Assembly (NCBI GenBank): GCA_965649055.1
Contig: CBFGJG010000005.1
Span: 25,726 to 72,704 of the forward strand
Direction of reading: 5' to 3'
From: a candidate division WOR-3 bacterium
Lineage (GTDB): Bacteria > Hydrothermota > UBA3072 > B12-G15
DNA length: 46,979 nucleotides
This document shows positions 19,041 to 27,979 of the stretch, in pieces. The position numbers and the translations under genes were made by a program. The notes beneath the pieces are model-generated. The model was not told the DNA's origin. It made no database searches and saw only the letters and a program-made list of their open reading frames with translations. The stretch's first letter is position 1. Each line of letters opens with the position of its first letter.

Positions 19041-20244
19041 TTCTTATTGCCTCCACTGGATCCATCTTTGATGCCCTTCTTGCCGGATAAAGCGTAGCAA
19101 GAAGTGAAAGCATAATTGCTGAAATGGACACAATTATAAAATCGGTTATTTCCATCTTTACCGGTAATTTGTCAAGAAAATAAACATCAGAAGGTAAAGA
19201 AATGAATTTATATTTCCCAAGTGCCCAGGAGAGTGTATAACCTATTATTAAACCCAAAATAGTCCCTATAATACTTATAATCAAACCTTCTATTACAAAT
19301 ATATGCATTATATCCTTTGAAGTTGAACCTATTGCCTTGAGTATCCCTATTTCTCTTGTCTTTTCAATAACTGTCATAATCAGTATACTCATAATATTGA
19401 ATGCGGCAACTATAATAATAAGTATCAATATCACAAACATTGCGAATTTCTCTAATTTTAATGCTGCAAAAAGATTTCTGTTCATATCAATCCAGTCTGA
19501 TACGCGGTAAGGATAACCTAACAATAAAACTATCCTCTTTGATATATCTTTTACTTTATATATATTATTTGTGGTCAATTCAATACCACTCACACCATTT
19601 CTTCCCATCATCTCCTGTGCTGACTTGATTGAGACCAGTGAAAGTGTCGAATTAAAATCATACATACCCGCATCAAATATTCCTTTCACAACAAATCTCT
19701 TTGTCCTTGGGATAATCCCGAAAGGTGTTACAAGTTCGGAAAAAGGTAATGCAACCTCCACAGTATCACCGATATGGGCAAACAATCCATCAGCAACATA
19801 ATTACCGAGTATTATACCATCATCACCGAGTTCAAATTTTCCAAGAATTATTTTTTCTCTTAAATTGCTCACCTCATCAAATGTTAATGTATCTATTCCC
19901 TTCATTATTATTCCATCAACATTATCTTTATTCCTTATAAGTATCTTTGTGTATATGAATGGAGTTGCACCAATAATCCCATTAACTTTCTTTAAAGAAT
20001 CTATAATTAATTCATAATCGTATATTTCTTCTCCATAAAATTTTGATACAAGTATGTGTCCATTCGTTCCCAAAATCTTTTCCCTCAGGTCATTTTGCAT
20101 CCCGTTCATAACGGATAGAACCACTATCAATGTTCCAACACCGATAGCAATACCAACTATAGAAAATATTGTTATTAATGACTTAAATAATTCATCCTTT
20201 TTTATTCTCACATATCTTTTTGATACGAATAATTTATAATTCAT
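19033..20244 (-). CDS. lolE: Lipoprotein-releasing ABC transporter permease (LolC/E family)
   Basis: GIAIGV..LIVVLSVMNG, LFAALKLEK, EKTREIGILKAIG, YPARRAS. Confidence 0.88.
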   Translation of the reverse strand: MNYKLFVSKRYVRIKKDELFKSLITIFSIVGIAIGVGTLIVVLSVMNGMQNDLREKILGTNGHILVSKFYGEEIYDYELIIDSLKKVNGIIGATPFIYTKILIRNKDNVDGIIMKGIDTLTFDEVSNLREKIILGKFELGDDGIILGNYVADGLFAHIGDTVEVALPFSELVTPFGIIPRTKRFVVKGIFDAGMYDFNSTLSLVSIKSAQEMMGRNGVSGIELTTNNIYKVKDISKRIVLLLGYPYRVSDWIDMNRNLFAALKLEKFAMFVILILIIIVAAFNIMSILIMTVIEKTREIGILKAIGSTSKDIMHIFVIEGLIISIIGTILGLIIGYTLSWALGKYKFISLPSDVYFLDKLPVKMEITDFIIVSISAIMLSLLATLYPARRASKMDPVEAIRNE

Positions 20245-21689
20245 TCTTTAAGCTGTGGAAAAAGGATAACATCCCTTATTGAATCACAGTCAAGAAGAAG
20301 CATAACTATTCTGTCAATGCCAAGTCCAAGACCACCCATAGGTGGCATACCATAATACATAGCATTTATAAAATCTTCATCAAAAGATTCTGTTTCAAGG
20401 TCTCCTTTTTTTCTAAGTTCAGCCTGATTTAAAAACCTCTCCTTTTGTTCTTCAGGGTCATTTAATTCAGAATATGCATTACCAACTTCCATTCTTGCAA
20501 TGAATGGTTCAAACCTTTCAACAAGCCCCTGTATTTCCCTGTGTTTTTTTGCAAGTGGTGAAATGTCTATTGGATAATCCATAATGAAAGTTGGGTTCAA
20601 GAGGTGTGGTTCAACATATTTATCAAACACGGCATCAAGGATTTTACCTTTTGTAAATTTACCTTCTGTACTGACATTAAGTTCGTTTGCCTTTTTCTTG
20701 GTTTCCTCAAAATTAAGTGGCATAAAATCAACACCTGTTTCTTCTTTTATTATATCAAAATATCTGAATCTTTGCCATTTCTCAGGGAAAGTTATTTCTT
20801 CACCTTGGAATTTTATTACATTTGTTCCAAAAAGATTTTTTAACAAAAATGAGAAAAGCCTTTCAACAAGTTCCATCATATCGTAGTAATCTGCATAAGC
20901 CCAGTATGCCTCAAGGTTTGTGAATTCAGGATTATGAAACCTGTCAAGGCCTTCATTCCTGAACATTTTCCCCATTTCAAACACCTTCTCCATACCACCA
21001 ATCACCAATCTTTTTAGATATAACTCATTAGCAATCCTTAAATAGTATTCTCTTTTTAAAACATTATACATAGTCTTGAATGGCTTTGCAAGTGCACCAC
21101 CATATACAGGTTGTAATATGGGTGTTTCAACCTCTATAAATCCTTCTTTTATGAAAAATTCCCTTATAAGTCCTATTATTTTTGTCCTTTTAATAAATCT
21201 TTCCCTCGCGTTTTCATCTGATATAAGGTCAAGATATCTTTCCCTATATTTGATTTCAATATCTTTAATACCGTGCCATTTCTCAGGTAAAGGATGGAGT
21301 GATTTTGCAAGGATAGTTATATCGTTTGAAAGAATTGTTATCTCACCAGTATGAGTCTTAAAAACATTACCTTTCACACCTATAAAATCACCAATGTCTA
21401 TAAGTCTCACAATTTCATATTTTTCATTAAGTAAATCATTCCTGAAATAAATCTGTATTTTTCCTTTCGCATCATCTATATCAACGAAACAGGCCTTTCC
21501 ATGCATCCTTCTTGTCTTTATCCTTCCACAGACCTTTACCTCTTTATTTTCAAGTTCTTCAAAATTGGATTTTATATCTATAGAATAATGTGTCCTCTTA
21601 AAATTATAAGGATATGGCAGAATGCCCATAGATTTCAATTTTTCAAGTTTTTCTTTTCTAAATTTTATCTGGTCAAGTTCATTTTCCAT
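20241..21689 (-). CDS. lysS: Lysine--tRNA ligase (class II)
   Basis: OB-fold N-terminus, YRERYLDL, EVETP, LRIANELYLKRL..GG, FRNEG...HNPEF, YGMPP.GG.G.GIDR. Confidence 0.97.
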   Translation of the reverse strand: MENELDQIKFRKEKLEKLKSMGILPYPYNFKRTHYSIDIKSNFEELENKEVKVCGRIKTRRMHGKACFVDIDDAKGKIQIYFRNDLLNEKYEIVRLIDIGDFIGVKGNVFKTHTGEITILSNDITILAKSLHPLPEKWHGIKDIEIKYRERYLDLISDENARERFIKRTKIIGLIREFFIKEGFIEVETPILQPVYGGALAKPFKTMYNVLKREYYLRIANELYLKRLVIGGMEKVFEMGKMFRNEGLDRFHNPEFTNLEAYWAYADYYDMMELVERLFSFLLKNLFGTNVIKFQGEEITFPEKWQRFRYFDIIKEETGVDFMPLNFEETKKKANELNVSTEGKFTKGKILDAVFDKYVEPHLLNPTFIMDYPIDISPLAKKHREIQGLVERFEPFIARMEVGNAYSELNDPEEQKERFLNQAELRKKGDLETESFDEDFINAMYYGMPPMGGLGLGIDRIVMLLLDCDSIRDVILFPQLKE

Positions 21690-21695
21690 ATAACT

Positions 21696-21723
21696 ATTTT
21701 ATAATAAAATCAACATTAGTCAA
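21696..21723 (-). promoter_or_regulatory. Putative sigma70 promoter of the lysS-lolE-lolD-mcsA-mcsB-clpC operon (leaderless)
   Basis: Minus strand TTGACT-16 bp-TAAAAT, 6 nt before ATG 21689; no SD. Confidence 0.65.
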
Positions 21724-22939
21724 TCTTTCTTTTTATTTTTCTGTAGAGATTGAGCATAACGAATGAAGATATTAAAAAGAACAAAGAACCGGTAAGAAAT
21801 GCTGCAAGGTCATTCACTTTACTCATAATTAAAAGACCAAGTGGTGGTGCAAGAAGGCCTCTTATTGCTGTTAATGTAACATGAATACTCTGGTGGACTA
21901 TTGCATCTTTACCCCTTGTAAAATAAATTGAGCCCAAATACCATGTTATCTCAACACCGGTCATAGCAACTGCATATATAAAAAATACTAAGACTACAAG
22001 GCTTTTTGCAGGAAAAAGTGTCTGGTAGGGTATAAAACCAATTGAAGTTGAAAAAATAAATAAAAGAAAGTAACTAAAACCTGTAAGACCTATAGGATGT
22101 ATGTATCTATTCAAATACCCACTAAGGGGCATAAATATTGCAAATACCAGATGCAGCATAAATACTCTAACAAAAGATATCTCCGAATAATTCATATTTA
22201 TCTTGTTCACTAAAAATTGCGGGATAATAGCAAGGACAAGGAGGATACCCATACCATAGATTGTGAAGGCTATCTCAAATTGTAGAAAATTTCTATTTTC
22301 CCTGAATTCTTTTATCATATTCATAATAGGTGAAAATATGGAGAATTTTTCAACTTTTTTTATTTTTTTCTCATTTATTTTTATTTTAGAGAGAAATATC
22401 AGTGATAAAAACCCAGAAAGACCACATAATAAATATATTATACCAAAAGCACCTTCATTCATATCAAGTAGCTTTCCGATAATTGTGGATGTTATCAGTG
22501 TGAAAATTGAATATACGGATATTGATATTCCAAAAAGAATATTCCTCTTCTTTTCAGTATAATTCTTTTGAAAAATAGTATTCTGGACAGGAATTATAAA
22601 TGAATTAAAAAAGTATGTAATAAAAAGTATAGGGAGCAGCTGATAACCTTCCTTCACAAATATTGAAAGAGCAAGTGGTAATCTACCCAAAAAACCTGCC
22701 AGATAAAATAGTTTCTTTCTATCTTCTATATGTTCAAGATAGTAGCCCCAATATATTGAAAAAAGATTTGAAACAGGCCAGAGCATTACCGCAATTGTAA
22801 TAACAGTGTTTGGACTTATAAATTTCTTCTTTAATATAATTTCCTGTAATGCAAGACCACCGTTTAAAATTCCATTAAATAATGAGAATAAAAGATGGTA
22901 TTTAAATGTCTCTCTTTCTATCTGATTAAGTTTTAACAT
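21716..22939 (-). CDS. MFS transporter
   Basis: 407 aa with about 12 hydrophobic segments in two halves separated by a basic central loop. Confidence 0.8.
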   Translation of the reverse strand: MLKLNQIERETFKYHLLFSLFNGILNGGLALQEIILKKKFISPNTVITIAVMLWPVSNLFSIYWGYYLEHIEDRKKLFYLAGFLGRLPLALSIFVKEGYQLLPILFITYFFNSFIIPVQNTIFQKNYTEKKRNILFGISISVYSIFTLITSTIIGKLLDMNEGAFGIIYLLCGLSGFLSLIFLSKIKINEKKIKKVEKFSIFSPIMNMIKEFRENRNFLQFEIAFTIYGMGILLVLAIIPQFLVNKINMNYSEISFVRVFMLHLVFAIFMPLSGYLNRYIHPIGLTGFSYFLLFIFSTSIGFIPYQTLFPAKSLVVLVFFIYAVAMTGVEITWYLGSIYFTRGKDAIVHQSIHVTLTAIRGLLAPPLGLLIMSKVNDLAAFLTGSLFFLISSFVMLNLYRKIKRKID

Positions 22940-22943
22940 TCTT

Positions 22944-22970
22944 AAAAAAAGGGGGCTTAAAAGCCCCCTT
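22944..22970 (-). terminator. Intrinsic terminator after the 395-aa membrane protein gene
   Basis: Minus strand AAGGGGGCT-TTTA-AGCCCCCTT hairpin ending in a T7 tract, about 30 nt after the stop at 23003. Confidence 0.85.
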
Positions 22971-23002
22971 ATAAAATTTATTTCAAAAATATACTGATAA
23001 AA

Positions 23003-24190
23003 CTACTTCTTTTTTGTTTTTCTTTTAGCTACTCTTTTTTTTTCCTCTTCCTTTTTCTCTTCAGGTTCAGCTTCTTTTTCTTCTTCTTTCATCTCTGCCT
23101 CAAAAACCTCTTCCTTCTTCTCCAAAAGATTCTTGTCATCTTTCAGTTTAACAAGGGTTATGTATATAATTGTCTGTCCCGCCTGGAAAGATGCAAGTGC
23201 ATAACCAAAGATTGCAAATGCTACAAAATAGAAAACAAGGCCGAGAATAAAACCTGCAAATGGTGTTGTAATACCGGGGTTAACTGAAAGTGTTGCTAAA
23301 GATGGGAAGTTCATTGGTTGAACTATGCCCGGGAACCATTGCAGCAAGAATGTTGGGGCAAATGGAAAATATAGATACCATTTTCCCTGTTCCCACATAA
23401 CAGAGAGCCAGTTTCTTGGTCCCTGCCACACACCCAATGCCCAGTGTGTTAATTTCAAGGTATAAAGTAAGAGTAGTGCAAAAACAAATGTTGCAAGGAA
23501 TGTACAGATAACAAGTATAAATTCCCACAGGAAGAATCTCCATGTCTGGTCATTCAGGACACTGAATCCTTCAAATAATGTATCAAATGTATCGCTCTCA
23601 GTTGTTGATACAACTGCAGGTGCTATTATCATAACAACAAACAAAACAATAGAGAGATAAACAATGAAGAAAGCACCTGAAATAAGTGGTATCGAGAAAA
23701 GTGCTATTATAATCTGTCCTACATATGGTATCCTTCCCACAAGACCAAAGAAAAGACCGACAAGGAGTAATATACCTATGAAGATACCAAGATAGATAGG
23801 TGAAAGAAATGTTCCTTTCCAGTTTTTATAAGCAAACTTCCAGGCTTCTTTTGATTCATAGAATTCATCACCTTTAAGCTGTTCGTAGGTTACCTTTGAT
23901 ATTGCTGTTGATGTAACAAAATAAAAGAACAAAGCTATTAGGGCACCAATTATCCAGAAAATCCAACCATACCATGTTAAATTTGCATTATAAAATGGCC
24001 AGGGGATGAATCTGAATTGCTGCCATATAGTTTTTATACCCCAACCACTTAAAAGAAACCCTATGTAGGAAAAAATAGCATAAAAAACAATAGAGATCAA
24101 AATTCCTACGAGTCCAATCCATATTTTTTTAGGAGAAGCGCCAAGCCTTACGCTTCTAAAAACATCCTTATAAGTAAAACCAAATTCCAC
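23003..24190 (-). CDS. Hypothetical polytopic membrane protein with a Glu/Lys-rich C-terminal tail
   Basis: GTG start with GGAGG SD (24196-24200); several TM segments; own promoter and terminator. Confidence 0.8.
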   Translation of the reverse strand: MEFGFTYKDVFRSVRLGASPKKIWIGLVGILISIVFYAIFSYIGFLLSGWGIKTIWQQFRFIPWPFYNANLTWYGWIFWIIGALIALFFYFVTSTAISKVTYEQLKGDEFYESKEAWKFAYKNWKGTFLSPIYLGIFIGILLLVGLFFGLVGRIPYVGQIIIALFSIPLISGAFFIVYLSIVLFVVMIIAPAVVSTTESDTFDTLFEGFSVLNDQTWRFFLWEFILVICTFLATFVFALLLLYTLKLTHWALGVWQGPRNWLSVMWEQGKWYLYFPFAPTFLLQWFPGIVQPMNFPSLATLSVNPGITTPFAGFILGLVFYFVAFAIFGYALASFQAGQTIIYITLVKLKDDKNLLEKKEEVFEAEMKEEEKEAEPEEKKEEEKKRVAKRKTKKK

Positions 24191-24212
24191 AGTAACCTCC
24201 TTTTTTTATTTT

Positions 24213-24241
24213 ACTATATGATTTTTATAGAAAATTGTCAA
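24213..24241 (-). promoter_or_regulatory. Putative sigma70 promoter of the 395-aa membrane protein gene (leadered)
   Basis: Minus strand TTGACA-17 bp-TATAGT; divergent from the glmS promoter. Confidence 0.65.
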
Positions 24242-24271
24242 GTAATTTTTTACATTATTTTTTAATCTTTC

Positions 24272-24299
24272 TTGACAAAAATATTTTTTAAAATAACCT
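24272..24299 (+). promoter_or_regulatory. Putative sigma70 promoter of glmS (leaderless)
   Basis: TTGACA-16 bp-TAACCT, 6 nt before ATG 24306; no SD. Confidence 0.55.
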
Positions 24300-24305
24300 A
24301 AAAAT

Positions 24306-26117
24306 ATGTGTGGATTCTTCGGTATAATATATAAAGATGAAGAAGAAAACTTAGGTAATATCTTATTTAATGCAGGTGTAAGATTATCTTATAGGGGTTA
24401 TGATACATCAGGTGTTGCAGTGATAAATTCAAAGAATGAATTTGTAATTAAGAAAGATGTTGGAAGGATTGAAGAAGTTGGGGAGAAATACAGATTTAAA
24501 AAACTTAAAGGTAAACGTGGAATAATACAATTAAGGTGGGCAACCTTTGGTATTCCATCAAGGAATAATGCACAACCACATAAAGATTGTAAAGGAGCGC
24601 TCATTGGTGCACATAATGGTAATATAATAAATACCCCTTTGTTGAGATTAAGATTGATTGAATCGGGTCATAAACTTAATGGTGAAAACGATGGGGAAGT
24701 CATATTACATATTGTTGAAGATTATAAAAATCTAAAGAAAGATATGATAGATGCAATCCTTCTTGCTATAAAAGAACTTGAAGGCGATTATGCATTTATT
24801 ATAACAGACATAAAAGAAGACAGGATGTTCGCAGTAAAAAAGGGCTCTTCTCTATTTTTCGGGAAAGGAATAAATTTTACATGTGTTTCAAGTGACCTCG
24901 CTTCTATACTTGACCATACAAAGGATATACTGATATTAAATGATGGTGAAATGATTGAATTCGGGAGTGATTATTACATTTTAAGGGATACCAAAAATGG
25001 TGAAGAGATAAAAAGGAAGATAACCAAAACAGATATAGATATAGAGAAGGCAGAGAAGGGAAATTTTCCTCATTTTATGATAAAAGAGATATATGAATCA
25101 CCTGAGAAGGTATCAAATCTTTTGGGTCTTCTTTCAACAAATGTAGTTTATGAAGAGGCTGTTGACCTTATAAATTCTGCAAGAAATATCTATATAACAG
25201 GCGCTGGAACATCTTATCATGCATCTTTACTTGGAACCTATTATTTTTCAACGATTGCCGATAGATTGTTAAATATATCGTTTGCGAGTGATTTTGGTGT
25301 TTTCTTCTCATCCATCATTGAAGACGATGATGTTCTTATTGCTGTCTCACAGAGTGGAGAGACAAAGGATGTTAAGAATGTTTGTGATATTTTCAGGAAG
25401 AAAACCAAAGGTAAAATAATATCCGTAGTGAACAATATCGGTTCAACTATTGCTTTGAATTCGGATATAGTTCTACCAATAGTTTCAGACATTGAAATAT
25501 CTGTTCCAGCAACAAAAACATTTATAAATCAATCTGTCCTTTTCCTTTATCTTTCAGTCCTGAGTGCTAAGAAGAGATTGAAAAAATTCCCAAATATATA
25601 TTTTGAAGAGATACCCGAGATAATAAAAAAGACTATTAAAATTTCTGAAGAGTATTCTGAAGAAGTTTTAAAGCATATAAAGGATTACAAAGAATTCTAT
25701 ATATTAGGTTATGGTCTCACATATCCTGCTGCTCTTGAAGCTTCTCTGAAGATAAAGGAAGTTGTCTATGTGCATTCAGAAGGTATGTATTCAGGTGAGT
25801 TCAAGCACGGACCATTATCAATAGTTGAGAAAAACTATCCGGTATTTTTCATCTCAAATAAGGAAGATAAATTCTTCACATTATCACATATAAATGAAGT
25901 GAAAACAAGGCTTGGTAAGATTATAACAATTGCACCAGAAGACAAGGAATTAATGAATGAAAGTGATTTGTTTGTTCCACTCCCTACAGATAATAAATTT
26001 TTAGTCCCGATATGTGGAACGGTCTTCTTCCAGATACTTGCATACAAATTCTGCGTTTCAAAAGGGATAGACCCAGACTATCCTAAAAATATATCAAAGA
26101 CAATAACAGTGGATTAA
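24306..26117 (+). CDS. glmS: Glutamine--fructose-6-phosphate transaminase (isomerizing)
   Basis: N-terminal MCG, YRGYD, RWAT, HNG; SIS domains with SQSGET, LEASLKIKE, GEFKHGP; C-terminal NISKTITVD. Confidence 0.92.
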   Translation: MCGFFGIIYKDEEENLGNILFNAGVRLSYRGYDTSGVAVINSKNEFVIKKDVGRIEEVGEKYRFKKLKGKRGIIQLRWATFGIPSRNNAQPHKDCKGALIGAHNGNIINTPLLRLRLIESGHKLNGENDGEVILHIVEDYKNLKKDMIDAILLAIKELEGDYAFIITDIKEDRMFAVKKGSSLFFGKGINFTCVSSDLASILDHTKDILILNDGEMIEFGSDYYILRDTKNGEEIKRKITKTDIDIEKAEKGNFPHFMIKEIYESPEKVSNLLGLLSTNVVYEEAVDLINSARNIYITGAGTSYHASLLGTYYFSTIADRLLNISFASDFGVFFSSIIEDDDVLIAVSQSGETKDVKNVCDIFRKKTKGKIISVVNNIGSTIALNSDIVLPIVSDIEISVPATKTFINQSVLFLYLSVLSAKKRLKKFPNIYFEEIPEIIKKTIKISEEYSEEVLKHIKDYKEFYILGYGLTYPAALEASLKIKEVVYVHSEGMYSGEFKHGPLSIVEKNYPVFFISNKEDKFFTLSHINEVKTRLGKIITIAPEDKELMNESDLFVPLPTDNKFLVPICGTVFFQILAYKFCVSKGIDPDYPKNISKTITVD

Positions 26118-26133
26118 AGTAAAAAAATTTTAT

Positions 26134-26162
26134 TTGACACAGAATATATTATTTATTAAGAT
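26134..26162 (+). promoter_or_regulatory. Putative sigma70 promoter of the PLD-purB operon (leaderless)
   Basis: TTGACA-17 bp-TAAGAT, 6 nt before ATG 26169; no SD. Confidence 0.65.
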
Positions 26163-26168
26163 GATTTT

Positions 26169-26690
26169 ATGAAAAGGTTTTTCATTTTTATTATTATTTT
26201 CTTTGGATGCACCAAAAACAATGATTCCTTACCTGATATAAAACTTGTTACAAACAGGGACTATTTCCCTGTTGTTAGAGACCTTATCAGATTATCAGAT
26301 GAATATATTTATTTTGTAATATATGTGGCAAAACTCGATGGTTATAATCAGGTGTCAATGTTACTTGATGAACTTGTTCATGCAAAAGAAAGAGGTATTG
26401 AGATAAAGGTCTTACTTGATTCTTCTTCTTATGATAATAATCTAAATGCTTCAAATTTTGCATTTGCTGAAACACTCAAGAAATATAATATACCTGTGAG
26501 GTTTGATGACCCTGATACCACAACACATTGCAAATTCGGTATATTTGATGGAGAAAAGGTTTTGATAGGTTCTACAAACTGGACTTATTCCGCACTTGAA
26601 AAGAATAATGAAGTGAATATTCTGATAAGCGACAAAGATATAGCCTTAGAATTAAAGAAATACTTTGAAAAACTATGGGGGTATGAATGA
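26169..26690 (+). CDS. Single-domain phospholipase D-like (Nuc-type) lipoprotein
   Basis: Signal peptide with lipobox-like FFGC; one HxKxxxxD (HCKFGIFD) followed by GSTNWT...NNE. Confidence 0.85.
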   Translation: MKRFFIFIIIFFGCTKNNDSLPDIKLVTNRDYFPVVRDLIRLSDEYIYFVIYVAKLDGYNQVSMLLDELVHAKERGIEIKVLLDSSSYDNNLNASNFAFAETLKKYNIPVRFDDPDTTTHCKFGIFDGEKVLIGSTNWTYSALEKNNEVNILISDKDIALELKKYFEKLWGYE

Positions 26691-27979
26691 TTGAAAGATA
26701 TTCGGTTCATGAGATAAGTAAAATATGGTCAGAAGAAAACAAATTTAAAAAATTTCTTGATGTAGAGATTGCAGTTCTTGAAGCACTTGAAGAAATGAAG
26801 ATAATTCCAAGGGTATCTGAGAAAATCAAGAAAAAAGCAAAGGTAAATATTAAAAAAATCAAAGAGATTGAAGAAAAAACAAGGCATGATGTAATTGCAT
26901 TTGTTCAATCGATAGAAGAACAAACAGGTAAAGAAGGGAGATTCTTTCATTTTGGATTAACATCTTCTGATGTTATTGATACAGCAAATGGGATACTCCT
27001 TAGAGAAACACTTTTAAAGATACTATCAATGCTTGATGATTTAAATAAAAGTATACTTAAAAAAGCGGAAGAGAATAAGTATTTAATCTCAATGGGTAGA
27101 ACACATGGGATACATGCAGAACCGATAACATTAGGATTGAAATTTTTATCCTGGTATGCAGAGATGAAAAGATGCCAAAAAAGATTAGAAGAAACAATTG
27201 ATAAAATATCTTTTGGAAAGATATCCGGTGCTGTTGGAACATATTCTCAGATACCTCCTGAAATTGAAAAAATAGCATTGAATAAACTCGGACTTAAAGT
27301 AGAACCAGTATCAACACAGATTATTCCAAGGGATAGATACTGTGAATTTATGTTCTCGCTTGTTATGATTGGTGAAGGGATAGAAAGGATTGCATTTGAA
27401 ATAAGGAATCTTCAAAGGAGTGAGATTGACGAACTTAAAGAGCCATTTAAAGAAGGACAAAAAGGTTCCTCTGCTATGCCGCATAAAAGAAATCCGATTT
27501 TATCTGAAAGGTTGTGTGGTATGGCAAGGATTCTGAGAGGTTATCTTCTTCCAATTCTTGAAAATAATGCACTCTGGAACGAAAGGGATATAAGCCATTC
27601 ATCAGTTGAAAGAATTGTTATCCCGGATGCATCTGAAATTACAGGGTATATGATAAAGACACTGAATTATATTATAAATGGCCTTGAGATAAACAAAGAT
27701 AAGATAAAAGAAAATCTTGAAAAGTCAGGTGGAATTATATATTCCTCATCAATATTGACAAAATTAATATTAAAAGGATTATCAAGGAAACACGCTTACG
27801 AGCTGGTTCAAAAGAATGCCTTCCTTTCAAAAGATAAAGAAAGTTTTATTGATAATCTAATTAAAGATAAAGAGATTAGAAAATATTTAAGTGAAGATGA
27901 AATAAAGTCATTATTTTCGATTGAAAACTATATAAGAAACATAGATTATATATTTGAAAAGATAAGAAATGAAAAATGA
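26687..27979 (+). CDS. purB: Adenylosuccinate lyase
   Basis: MIERY, TRHDV.AF, H.GLTSSD, GRTHG.HAEP, GSSAMPHKRNP, ERDISHSSVER. Confidence 0.97.
   Translation: MIERYSVHEISKIWSEENKFKKFLDVEIAVLEALEEMKIIPRVSEKIKKKAKVNIKKIKEIEEKTRHDVIAFVQSIEEQTGKEGRFFHFGLTSSDVIDTANGILLRETLLKILSMLDDLNKSILKKAEENKYLISMGRTHGIHAEPITLGLKFLSWYAEMKRCQKRLEETIDKISFGKISGAVGTYSQIPPEIEKIALNKLGLKVEPVSTQIIPRDRYCEFMFSLVMIGEGIERIAFEIRNLQRSEIDELKEPFKEGQKGSSAMPHKRNPILSERLCGMARILRGYLLPILENNALWNERDISHSSVERIVIPDASEITGYMIKTLNYIINGLEINKDKIKENLEKSGGIIYSSSILTKLILKGLSRKHAYELVQKNAFLSKDKESFIDNLIKDKEIRKYLSEDEIKSLFSIENYIRNIDYIFEKIRNEK

Noticed and set aside
24191-24305. glmS ribozyme or other riboswitch upstream of glmS
   Set aside because: Only 115 bp, almost all A/T, occupied by two divergent promoters; no structured GC-containing elements.
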